Of a stretch of 64,000 nucleotides of DNA, positions 8,675 to 16,890 are shown piece by piece. Below the pieces are notes generated by a model. The model searched no databases and was not told the DNA's origin. It was given only the letters and a program-made list of their open reading frames with translations. The DNA is taken from NCBI GenBank assembly GCA_045650025.1, contig JAZRQR010000157.1:12682-76681 (forward strand), given 5' to 3'. Made by a program: the position numbers and the translations under genes. The DNA comes from Eubacteriales bacterium. Its GTDB lineage: Bacteria > Bacillota > Clostridia > Oscillospirales > CAG-272. Every line of letters begins with the position of its first letter. Position 1 is the first letter of the stretch.

Positions 8675-8953
8675 TAGCCGAAGAGAGTCGAACTCACACG
8701 GTTTTGCTCGGCAAATATCTGCATCTGCGTCAGAAAAATTTCTCGCAATATCTTATATTGCTTCAAAATTTCTCTTTGCATCTGCGAAATATTTGCTCGC
8801 GCAAAACTGCGCAGCACCCTCCGGCGTTGAATTTTTTGATGGATTTTGTCAAAGCGAGTCGAAGCAAGATACGCATCTTGCAAGGCGAGATTTGGCGAAA
8901 GACGCGAAAAATTCTCGCCGCAGGGCGTATGAGTTCGGCTCTCTTCGGCTATA
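8673..8953. repeat. 281-bp MITE-like element, family 1 copy A (25-bp terminal inverted repeats)
   Basis: The left end is TATAGCCGAAGAGAGTCGAACTCAC (8673-8697). The right end is ATGAGTTCGGCTCTCTTCGGCTATA (8929-8953), and 23 of 25 positions are complementary. The interior shares TTTTTGATGGATTTTG and CGAAGCAAGATAC..ATCTTGC with the copy at 22289-22566. Confidence 0.7.
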
Positions 8954-8993
8954 CCGCCCCCCGCATTACCTTCCGCTTACGGCGCAGGATACC

Positions 8994-10697
8994 TCACCTG
9001 TAAAAGCTGTTGCCGCCAATAAACTCGCGTACAAGGCTGGTGGGTGGGATCTCGTCGTCCACCTCGGCTTGGTGCACGAAATTGAGCACCTTGACGATGG
9101 CGCGCACCTCCTCGAAATACTCGTCACTCGGCTCAACCGCCAGCAGCAGCGGGAAAATGTGCGTTTTGAGCACCGCCAGCTCATAAAGCGTAGAGCTGTT
9201 GAAAATGACGTCCGCCTGCTCCTGGAATGGGAATATCCACTTTGCCTCGCCCGCGCGCACCGAATCCCACATGGAAAGCGTATCGCTGACCGACGCGCCT
9301 CGGAACTCGTAGTCGCGCACGATGCGGCGCAACAATCTTAGGTAGCTGGACGGAATACGGTTGTGCAGATCCAGATTGAGCGGCAGCAGAGGGCAGACAA
9401 ATAGCTTGAACACCGCCTCGGGGGCAAGTCCCTCGGGCAGCATAACGGGATTGAGCGCGTGCAGTCCTTCGACAATAATCACCGAATCCGCATCCAGCTG
9501 CAAAAAATGCCCGTTCCACTCGCGCTTGCCCAGTTTGAAGTTAAACGAAGGCAGCTCGACCCGCTCCCCTGCCAGCAGCGCACGCAAATGCGCGCCAAAC
9601 AGCGCGGTATCAATGGTGTTGATGTGCTCCAGATCCACCTTGCCGTCGGGTCCCGGCTCGATTTGGTCGCGGTCCACGTAGTAGTCGTCCAGACTCATCA
9701 GGATCGGCCTTTTGCCGTGCACGCGCAGCTGCGTGGCAAGGCGATTCGCCGAGGTAGTTTTGCCCGACGAACTGGGTCCTGCCAGCATGACCGCACGCGC
9801 ACCGCGCGCACAAATCATATCCGCTACCTGCGAAAATCGCTTTTCGTGTAACGCCTCGTTGACGCGGATCAGCTCACGAATACCGCCCGATTCCACCATC
9901 TCATTGAGATCCGCCACCGTGCGGCAGCCCATCAGGTTGCCCCACGCAATGCCCTCGCTGTACACGCTGTAGTAATTGTCCATTTCGCGGTAATCCGACA
10001 CGCGATCGGGGTTCTTGGCATCGGGATACACAAACACAAACCCATCCGCCGTGGGCAGAATGGCATAGCTTTGCAGATATCCCGTGCTCGGCATCATCTC
10101 ACCATAGAAATAGTCGGCAAAATCGCCGTATTCGTACACGTCCAGCGTAGGATAGGTGCGGTAGGAAAGCAGACGCGCCTTATCGGTCTGTCCGCGCTCG
10201 GTGTACAGCCGGACCGCCTCGGCGGTGGGGATGCGATTGAAATTGAGCGGAATATCGCGCGCGACAATGTCCGCTACGCGCTCGCGCAGCCGCTCGACAG
10301 AGAAATCCTCTGCCCCTGTGACCTTGATGTACAGCCCTGCGCCCAAGGTGCAGCGCATGGTGGCTCTTGCACCGGGGTACAGCTCATGCAGCGCTAAAAA
10401 CAGCACAAACTGCGCCGTGCGCGTGTACACCGCCTTGCCCTGCGCGTCCGCATAGCGCAAAAGGCGTAATTTTCCGCCTGACGCCTCCATAGCGCGCCGC
10501 TTGGATTCTCTGTCGGGCAGTACGTCCTTGTGCCGCAGCGGCACGTAACCAAGCGTAAAAACGTCGCCCGCAATCTTTGCCGCCAACGGCTCATCTGCCA
10601 AATTGCCCGTGCGTAAGCCCATCTCCGTAATAATATCAAGCAGTGATTGTCCTGCTCTTGCCTGCACGACTTTCCCGTCTATAGTTAACTGCATCAT
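8994..10697 (-). CDS. Uridine-kinase-family nucleoside kinase with N-terminal TGS/ThrRS-like extension
   Basis: Track ORF 8994..10766. The start is moved to ATGATG at 10697, preceded by GAAAGGAGA. It has a P-loop (LAGPSSSGKTTSANRL) followed by DDYYVDRD, and the N-terminus is MMQLTIDGKVVQARAGQSLLDI. Confidence 0.8.
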   Translation of the reverse strand: MMQLTIDGKVVQARAGQSLLDIITEMGLRTGNLADEPLAAKIAGDVFTLGYVPLRHKDVLPDRESKRRAMEASGGKLRLLRYADAQGKAVYTRTAQFVLFLALHELYPGARATMRCTLGAGLYIKVTGAEDFSVERLRERVADIVARDIPLNFNRIPTAEAVRLYTERGQTDKARLLSYRTYPTLDVYEYGDFADYFYGEMMPSTGYLQSYAILPTADGFVFVYPDAKNPDRVSDYREMDNYYSVYSEGIAWGNLMGCRTVADLNEMVESGGIRELIRVNEALHEKRFSQVADMICARGARAVMLAGPSSSGKTTSANRLATQLRVHGKRPILMSLDDYYVDRDQIEPGPDGKVDLEHINTIDTALFGAHLRALLAGERVELPSFNFKLGKREWNGHFLQLDADSVIIVEGLHALNPVMLPEGLAPEAVFKLFVCPLLPLNLDLHNRIPSSYLRLLRRIVRDYEFRGASVSDTLSMWDSVRAGEAKWIFPFQEQADVIFNSSTLYELAVLKTHIFPLLLAVEPSDEYFEEVRAIVKVLNFVHQAEVDDEIPPTSLVREFIGGNSFYR

Positions 10698-10967
10698 AAA
10701 ATCTCCTTTCTTGAAACAGATAAAAGTATCCTTCCAATATATGCGCATCCCCATACACATTTGCAAAAAAACAAAAAACGGCTGACTATCGGCATCCGGT
10801 AGTCAACCATTATCGGTGGTCTGTAGAAACGCCTGCCCCTATTGCAGGCTTATACCTCTATTGCGGGGATCGTGTCCTTCTTTCGTATATAGTATAGCAC
10901 ATTTTGCACATTTTGTCAAGCCCTGCGAAATCCGCGCCCAAATCCGCCGCTTCTCTTCACTTTTCCC

Positions 10968-10996
10968 TTGCACTATGGCGGCGCGTGTGCTATAAT
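10968..10996 (+). promoter_or_regulatory. Promoter TTGCAC-N17-TATAAT with TGTGC extension
   Basis: TTGCAC (10968-10973) and TGTGCTATAAT (10986-10996). The ATG at 11027 is preceded by AAGGAGA. Confidence 0.65.
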
Positions 10997-11026
10997 GAGA
11001 GTACTATCACCCAAGGAGAATTCGAC

Positions 11027-12622
11027 ATGAAACGTTGCATCGCATTTCTTTTGAGTACCCTCATGGCGCTTTGCGTGCTGAGCGCTTGCAATTCCCCCAC
11101 GCCCCCTCCCTCCGAGGACACCACGCAAGCAGAAAGCGCGGACACGCAGGCAGAGGTGACCACCCAAGCCCCCATCGAGCAGACTACACAGCCCATTCCC
11201 ACCATTCCTCCCGAGCAGGCAACCGCTCCCGAGCAGGTGGTGCAGAGCTTGGACGCGAATGCCGTGATCATGCAGATCGGCACCTCGACCAATCAGGTGC
11301 TGCTGCACGGCAACACCTGGGAAGAGATTCAGGCAGCCTTTACCGCTGCAGGCTATGCCCCCGTGCAAGCCACGCTGCTAAGGGACACCCACTTAGAGAC
11401 CGTGGTGCTGTACGGCAAGGACGTGACGCTGACGCTGCAAAACACGCAGGAGGGCGCGTACGCCATCTGGGAGCCTTACCAGCCCGACACCCTTTCCCTG
11501 CTGCAGCCCAACGACAAAACCGGCACAGGAGCTGTGACGCTGGCGCAGATTGGCATTGCGCGCGAGGAGGAGGAAGACAACCCACTCAACGGCATGTGCT
11601 ATATCTACAAGCTCTCGGATGGCTCTGCTTTGATCATTGACGGCGGCTTTAACACCAAATCCTGCCGCAACAACGTGCTGGGCGCGCTTAAGGCGCTGGA
11701 TATTGCCAAGAACGAGGACGGCAAATATCGCATTACCGCATGGATCTTCTCGCACGGACACAAGGACCACAGAGCCACGTTCATCGGCTTTGGCAAGAAT
11801 TACGGCGATCAGGTTGAGCTGCAATACGTCATGTACAATTTTCCCCTCAGCCCCGGTACGCTGACCGCTTCCACCTTTGATCTGGTCAACTTTGAGACCA
11901 AATGGAAGGAATACTACCCCGGTGCACAACACGTGGTGGCGCACGCAGGTCTTGCCTATCACTTTGATAACCTGACCATTGAGGTGCTCTACTCCCCTGA
12001 AATGCTGTACGCCCCCGACCAAAGCATTGTGTACTACAACGACACCAGCCTGATCCTGCGCGCCGATTGCAGCGGCACGCGCACACTCTTTATGGGTGAC
12101 GCGGGCGAAAAGGCAGCCACGCTGACCTGGAGTCATTACGAAAAGAGTGCGTTCGCCTCCGATATGCTGCAAATTACGCATCACGGCTTTAACACGGGCG
12201 AGAGCTCGCACAACTGGAAGCACATCAAGCAGATCTATAACGCCACGGGCGCCACGCTTGCCCTTTTGCCCATGACCAGCCGTCTGGAGGGTGACGCGCG
12301 AAACGGCAGATACACGGTCATTGTGGGGCACGGCGGTGCCAACTATCAGATGTCCTTTTTTATCAACAAGCGCGACAAGCAGGACTACTCCTCGGTTACG
12401 CAAGAGGCTTACATGGAATTTGTGGAGCAGGTGGCGGCGGGCACCAACAAATACCCCACGCTGTTCGGCTATGACGGCATTAACACCATCACCTCCGCAG
12501 ACGGGCTTGTGACCTACATTGCAGGCAGCGAGACCGCGCCCATGGTCACCCTGTTTGAGCTGAATGCCAACGGTGCAACGGTTACATACAACGCATTACT
12601 GGCAAATTGGCTGGGAAATTGA
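11027..12622 (+). CDS. Secreted MBL-fold metallo-hydrolase lipoprotein (ComEC C-terminal-domain-like)
   Basis: Track ORF 10904..12622. The start is moved to 11027 (MKRCIAFLLSTLMALCVLSACNS, a lipobox). It has the HxHxDH motif in WIFSHGHKDHRATF, then LFMGDAGEKA and LQITHHG. Confidence 0.8.
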   Translation: MKRCIAFLLSTLMALCVLSACNSPTPPPSEDTTQAESADTQAEVTTQAPIEQTTQPIPTIPPEQATAPEQVVQSLDANAVIMQIGTSTNQVLLHGNTWEEIQAAFTAAGYAPVQATLLRDTHLETVVLYGKDVTLTLQNTQEGAYAIWEPYQPDTLSLLQPNDKTGTGAVTLAQIGIAREEEEDNPLNGMCYIYKLSDGSALIIDGGFNTKSCRNNVLGALKALDIAKNEDGKYRITAWIFSHGHKDHRATFIGFGKNYGDQVELQYVMYNFPLSPGTLTASTFDLVNFETKWKEYYPGAQHVVAHAGLAYHFDNLTIEVLYSPEMLYAPDQSIVYYNDTSLILRADCSGTRTLFMGDAGEKAATLTWSHYEKSAFASDMLQITHHGFNTGESSHNWKHIKQIYNATGATLALLPMTSRLEGDARNGRYTVIVGHGGANYQMSFFINKRDKQDYSSVTQEAYMEFVEQVAAGTNKYPTLFGYDGINTITSADGLVTYIAGSETAPMVTLFELNANGATVTYNALLANWLGN

Positions 12623-12750
12623 CCACACCTAAAATTTTCACAAAAATTTTTTGAGATTTTTTTGAGATTTATTCAAAAAAGCTCTATACAAATGACTAAA
12701 ATCGTGGTAAAATGATACTGTAAAATTTTTTCCGCAAAGGAGCTTCTTTT

Positions 12751-13449
12751 ATGAAATTGGTTTACAAGGGTAAAACAAAGGACGTATACGCACTTGACAA
12801 CGGCAACGTTATGCTCAAGTTTAAGGACGACTGCACCGGCAAGGACGGCGTATTTGATCCGGGTGAAAACAGCGTAGGATTGACCATTGAGGGCATCGGC
12901 AAGGCAAACCTGAAGTCCTCTATCCACTATTTTGAGCTGTGCCGCGCTGCAGGCATCAAGACCCACTACGTTTCCGCAGACGTAGAGAATGCGACTATGG
13001 AAGTTCTTCCCGCGGAATGCTTCGGTAAGCCCCAGGGTGGCGGCGGACTGGAGGTCATCTGCCGTCTGGTTGCGACCGGCAGCTTTGTTCGCAGATACGG
13101 CGAATACATCAAGAACGGCACCACTTTACCCGGTGGCTACGTTGAGTGCACCTTTAAGAACGACGAGAAGGGCGACCCGCTGGTTACCGGCGAGGGTCAG
13201 GTAGCACTTGGCATTATGACCGCTGAGATGTTTGAGTCCCTGAAGGCACAGACGCTGGCGATCACCAAGATCGTTGCTGACGACCTCAAGTCCATCGGTC
13301 TTGACCTGTGGGACATCAAGTTTGAGTTCGGCTACCACAACGGCGAGGTCGTGCTCATCGACGAGATCGCGTCCGGCAACATGCGCGTTTACAAGGGTGA
13401 CACCATCGTTGAGCCCACCGCGCTGACCGAAATGATCAATAACAGATAA
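12751..13449 (+). CDS. purC: Phosphoribosylaminoimidazole-succinocarboxamide (SAICAR) synthase
   Basis: Track ORF of 232 aa. [30 protein letters not shown]...[18 protein letters not shown] matches PurC. The RBS is AAAGGAG. Confidence 0.9.
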   Translation: MKLVYKGKTKDVYALDNGNVMLKFKDDCTGKDGVFDPGENSVGLTIEGIGKANLKSSIHYFELCRAAGIKTHYVSADVENATMEVLPAECFGKPQGGGGLEVICRLVATGSFVRRYGEYIKNGTTLPGGYVECTFKNDEKGDPLVTGEGQVALGIMTAEMFESLKAQTLAITKIVADDLKSIGLDLWDIKFEFGYHNGEVVLIDEIASGNMRVYKGDTIVEPTALTEMINNR

Positions 13450-13467
13450 GAAACACGAAAGCTTTCG

Positions 13468-13497
13468 GCAGAGGCATTGCGCCTCTCCCGATTTTGT
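13468..13497 (+). terminator. Probable purC terminator
   Basis: AGAGGC-attgc-GCCTCT (13470-13486), then CCCGATTTTGTG. The T-run is modest. Confidence 0.45.
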
Positions 13498-13525
13498 GAA
13501 TAAGCGAGTGTGACTCGTAAGCATG

Positions 13526-13722
13526 CCCCCCTCCGGGAGGGGGGATGGTGCGCGCTGCTTTGAGCCAAGCGCAGGGGGGAGAGCGCGAGGAGAATCGGTT
13601 TGCTCGAGTAATATCCTAACGCAGGAAGCCAAGATGCAAACCACGCAGAAATTCATTATATTCGCGTTCTCCCCCTTTGAATATCCCCATCGGGATATTT
13701 TCCATCCCCCTCCCGGAGGGGG
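13526..13722. repeat. 197-bp nested inverted-repeat element (copy B)
   Basis: The ends CCCCCCTCCGGGAGGGGGGATGG (13526-13548) and CCATCCCCCTCCCGGAGGGGG (13702-13722) are reverse complements, and each is itself a palindrome. There is an internal hairpin GAATATCCCcatcGGGATATT and the pair GGGGAGAGCGCG / CGCGTTCTCCCC. Confidence 0.65.
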
Positions 13723-13843
13723 ACTTGTTTAGAAATTCGCCTGCTTACACAGGATCGCCGTGATGTCGATCCCTACAATATTAACTGCATAAACATTCTG
13801 CGCAATTAAGAAAACACCGGAGTTCATCACTCCGGTGCTTTTA

Positions 13844-14488
13844 TCATGGATCAAATTTCTCAATCTCACCGTTTTTTTCAAGCATTTTCAATCGATGCTC
13901 AACTGCCTTTGCGGTTCCTGCAGAGATTTTGAATACGTGATCATGCCCTTGTACAACTACGTGAACATAGCAAATCCTACCCTGATACTCCAAACGCAGA
14001 TCGTCCACTCCATCTGTTTGATAGGTATATATGCGGAATTTGAATATCCGCACCTTTCCGTCTTGGTAAATTGCCACGCCGCGACACGTTATAGCATAAA
14101 TACCAAACACAAATACCGCGCCGCACGCGATCAACGCCAAAACCAGCAGTGCCTTATGCTCGGACAGTCCGACAACGGCATACAGCAACGCAATTACCTC
14201 AACACCAACCAGCAAGCACACCAGCGCAGTCGTCTGCACAATATCGTACAAAAACACAAAGGTGCGCGGTTTGATTTCCCGGAAATAAAGGACGATGATA
14301 TAGATCACCGCTACAACGATCGCAATACACAGCCAATACCAAGGGTTCACATAAACCTCAAAAGCAGAAAGCGGATCGGGGGCTCCGCGCCAAACCAATT
14401 CAAGCAAATCAAAAATCGGCGCAATCATACCCATCAATATCGCATAGAGTATTACCCTGCCAACATGGCGAAGTATCTTGTTCTTCAT
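13844..14488 (-). CDS. Hypothetical polytopic membrane protein with soluble C-terminal domain
   Basis: Track ORF 13844..14506. The start is moved to the ATG at 14488 (MKNKILRH...), preceded by AAGGGGGAG. It has four or five hydrophobic helices, then KVRIFKFRIYTYQTDG... Confidence 0.6.
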   Translation of the reverse strand: MKNKILRHVGRVILYAILMGMIAPIFDLLELVWRGAPDPLSAFEVYVNPWYWLCIAIVVAVIYIIVLYFREIKPRTFVFLYDIVQTTALVCLLVGVEVIALLYAVVGLSEHKALLVLALIACGAVFVFGIYAITCRGVAIYQDGKVRIFKFRIYTYQTDGVDDLRLEYQGRICYVHVVVQGHDHVFKISAGTAKAVEHRLKMLEKNGEIEKFDP

Positions 14489-14564
14489 ATGGCTCCCCCT
14501 TTTCAAACCTCTTCACATATATAGACGCTTTTTTTCGGAAAAAGTGCACCGATTTCGAAATTTT

Positions 14565-14596
14565 TTCAAAAAATCCCCGAACTTTTTTCGGGGATT
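14565..14596 (-). terminator. Rho-independent terminator of the YhaM-like gene
   Basis: AATCCCCGA...TCGGGGATT (14572-14596). On the minus strand it is followed by TTTTTTG. Confidence 0.75.
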
Positions 14597-14603
14597 TCTC
14601 TTA

Positions 14604-15872
14604 TTATCTTCTCAGCATGATCTCAATAATCTCTCTGTCGGTGTCCTTCATGCCCTCGCGCGCCATATCGCTGACGTTGTCGATGGTATTTTCCACGCCC
14701 TTGGTGACAATGCCGTCGCCGCCCACGAACTGCTTGCCCTGCATGTACATATGCATACCGAGTAGACCCGCCTCGACGCTGGACGCGATTTTTGCCGCGC
14801 AGCTTGCCTTGGCACCGTCGCAGATCACGCCCGAATTGATGGCAAGACCGTTGACCACGGTGTGTGCGATCTCGCGGTACTTACCGCCGTGCAGATAGGT
14901 CACACCGGCAGCCGCACCGCAGCCTGCGCTGGTTGCGCCACAATAGGCGGAAAGCGCACCGATGCCGGTTTTCAGACGCACGGTGACCAGATTAGACACA
15001 ACTAACGCGCGCAACAGCTCCTCGTGCGACACGCCCATTTCCTTTGCATACACGATGACGGGCAGCGAGGTAGTCATACCCTGGTTGCCGCTACCCGAAT
15101 TAATGACAACGGGCAACTCGCAGCCGTTCATTCTGGCATCCGAGCCTGCAGCCGCGTATGCCTTTGCCTTGTTCGCCACGCTATCACCGTATGCCGCGAG
15201 CAGCACCTTACCGATCTGCGAACCGTAATTGCCGCGCAAGCCCTCCTCGGCAATGGCAGAATTGTACTCGATCTGTCGCTCCAGCACCTCGCGCACGTCC
15301 TCGATCTCTACCGTATCGGCAAACTCCACGATACGCTCCACGCTCAGCAGCTCGTAATGCGATTCCTCGCGCTCCACCTTCTCGGGCTTTGCCGCAAACA
15401 GCACTTCCCCGTTGCGCGTCACGCGCTCCACGTGCGTGTGCTTGTTGGTCAGCAGCACGCTTGCGCTGTCCTCGCCCGCAAATACCGTCACGCCAATCGA
15501 AAACACACAATTGCCGTCCGCGCGCTTGACCTCGATGGGGGTTGCATCGCGGTATACGCTGATCTGCTTGATCTGCTCGGGCGTGACACCGGAGATGACC
15601 TCCAGCTCGCAATACGGGTCGCCTGCCACAATGCCTGCAGCCGAAGCCGCCTCAATGCCCTTGAGGCTACCCGTGTGCGGAATAAACACGCTCTTGACGT
15701 TCTTGATCACGTTGCCGCTGACGTCCACGCGCACGCGATCGGGCATCTGCCCCAACGCTGCTTTTGCAATCGCTGCCGCATACGCAATGGCGATCGGCTC
15801 GGTGCAGCCCATCGCGGGAATCAATTCCTTATGTAAAATGGCGACGTACGCCTCATAAATGTACTTGTCCAT
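14604..15872 (-). CDS. UPF0597/YhaM-family protein (serine-dehydratase-alpha-like; L-cysteine desulfidase CyuA-like)
   Basis: Track ORF 14604..15884. The start is moved to MDKYIYEAYVAILHKELIPAMGCTEPIAIAYAAA at 15872, with GGAG 6 nt upstream. The GCTEPIA motif is typical of this family. Confidence 0.8.
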   Translation of the reverse strand: MDKYIYEAYVAILHKELIPAMGCTEPIAIAYAAAIAKAALGQMPDRVRVDVSGNVIKNVKSVFIPHTGSLKGIEAASAAGIVAGDPYCELEVISGVTPEQIKQISVYRDATPIEVKRADGNCVFSIGVTVFAGEDSASVLLTNKHTHVERVTRNGEVLFAAKPEKVEREESHYELLSVERIVEFADTVEIEDVREVLERQIEYNSAIAEEGLRGNYGSQIGKVLLAAYGDSVANKAKAYAAAGSDARMNGCELPVVINSGSGNQGMTTSLPVIVYAKEMGVSHEELLRALVVSNLVTVRLKTGIGALSAYCGATSAGCGAAAGVTYLHGGKYREIAHTVVNGLAINSGVICDGAKASCAAKIASSVEAGLLGMHMYMQGKQFVGGDGIVTKGVENTIDNVSDMAREGMKDTDREIIEIMLRR

Positions 15873-15895
15873 AGCTATCTCCACTCAAATCAGGA

Positions 15896-16765
15896 TCAAA
15901 TGCCGCGGAATCCCTTACCAATAATCTCACTGCTATTGGAAACGATGACAAACGCACCGGGGTCGATCTCTTTGACGATCTTGCGCAATCTTGCACCCTC
16001 GACACGTCGGCAAACGGTCAGCAGAACCGTTTTCTGTTCACCGGTATAACCACCCACACCTTGGATTTTGGTAAAGCTGCGGTGAATGCCTGCGGTGATG
16101 TACTTGCTGATCTCATCCGGCTTGGTGGTCACGATAGTGAAATACTTGCAGGTGTTCATGTTTTCGATTACGCCGTCTACCAAGAACGCCTTGGCGAACA
16201 AGCCCAGAAGCGAAAACAGACCCGTTTGCATGCCAAATACCCAAAATGCGCTGACTGCAATTACAAAGTCAGTAAGCAGCAGTGCCTTACCGATATCCAA
16301 ATGCGTGTATTTTTTCAAAATGAGTGCCACAATATCCGTACCGCCCGACGAGGATTCGGTCATGAACAGCAAAGCGGAACCAATTGCCGTCAACAGGATC
16401 GCATATACCAGCTCCAAAAACGGCTGATTGGTGAAGGGACCTGTCATGGGGCAAAGATGCTCCAGCGCGAACGTGCCAAAGGAAAACAGCAGACTGCAAT
16501 ACACGGTTTTGATGGAAAAGCCCTTGCCAAGCACCGCAAAGCCCACGATCAGCAACAGCACGTTGATGACAGTCAGCACGTTACCCGAGGTCAGATATTG
16601 CGCAATACCCGGCAAATATTGACTTGCAAAACCCGCTACGACGACCGCAATACCGCTGACGCCGCCTGTGGAAAATCCATTGGGAATCTTAAAAAAGTAC
16701 ACTCCGACCGTTGTCAGAAGAATGCCCAAATTCATTAGTGCGAAATTTTTGAATTTTTGTTTCAT
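15896..16765 (-). CDS. YitT-family membrane protein (DUF2179 C-terminal domain)
   Basis: Track ORF 15896..16846. The start is moved to MKQKFKNFALMNLGILLTTVGVYFFKIPNGFSTGGVSG (16765). The C-terminal soluble domain contains IQGVGGYTGEQKTVLLTV. Confidence 0.8.
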   Translation of the reverse strand: MKQKFKNFALMNLGILLTTVGVYFFKIPNGFSTGGVSGIAVVVAGFASQYLPGIAQYLTSGNVLTVINVLLLIVGFAVLGKGFSIKTVYCSLLFSFGTFALEHLCPMTGPFTNQPFLELVYAILLTAIGSALLFMTESSSGGTDIVALILKKYTHLDIGKALLLTDFVIAVSAFWVFGMQTGLFSLLGLFAKAFLVDGVIENMNTCKYFTIVTTKPDEISKYITAGIHRSFTKIQGVGGYTGEQKTVLLTVCRRVEGARLRKIVKEIDPGAFVIVSNSSEIIGKGFRGI

Positions 16766-16850
16766 AATGTCCCCTTTTCGCCTTTTCTCTACATTAGTAT
16801 ATATTGCCGCGCCCAAAAAGTCAAGAGGTGTCGCGCAAAAACGCAAAATA

Positions 16851-16887
16851 AGGGCTGAACCTTGCGGTTCAGCCCTTGGTTTTTTTG
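16851..16887. terminator. Bidirectional-looking terminator after the giant surface-protein gene
   Basis: AGGGCTGAAC-cttgc-GGTTCAGCCCT (16851-16876). It is followed by TGGTTTTTTT on the plus strand and by TATTTTGCGTTTTTG on the minus strand. Confidence 0.7.
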
Positions 16888-16890
16888 TAA

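Noticed and set aside
8704-9003. Track ORFs inside the repeat elements (8704..9003, 8476..8883, 22373..22708, 44651..44851, 44747..45037, 13523..13732, 61098..61394)
   Set aside because: They overlap palindromic repeat DNA on both strands, have no RBS, and translate to basic low-complexity sequence. They are most likely non-coding.
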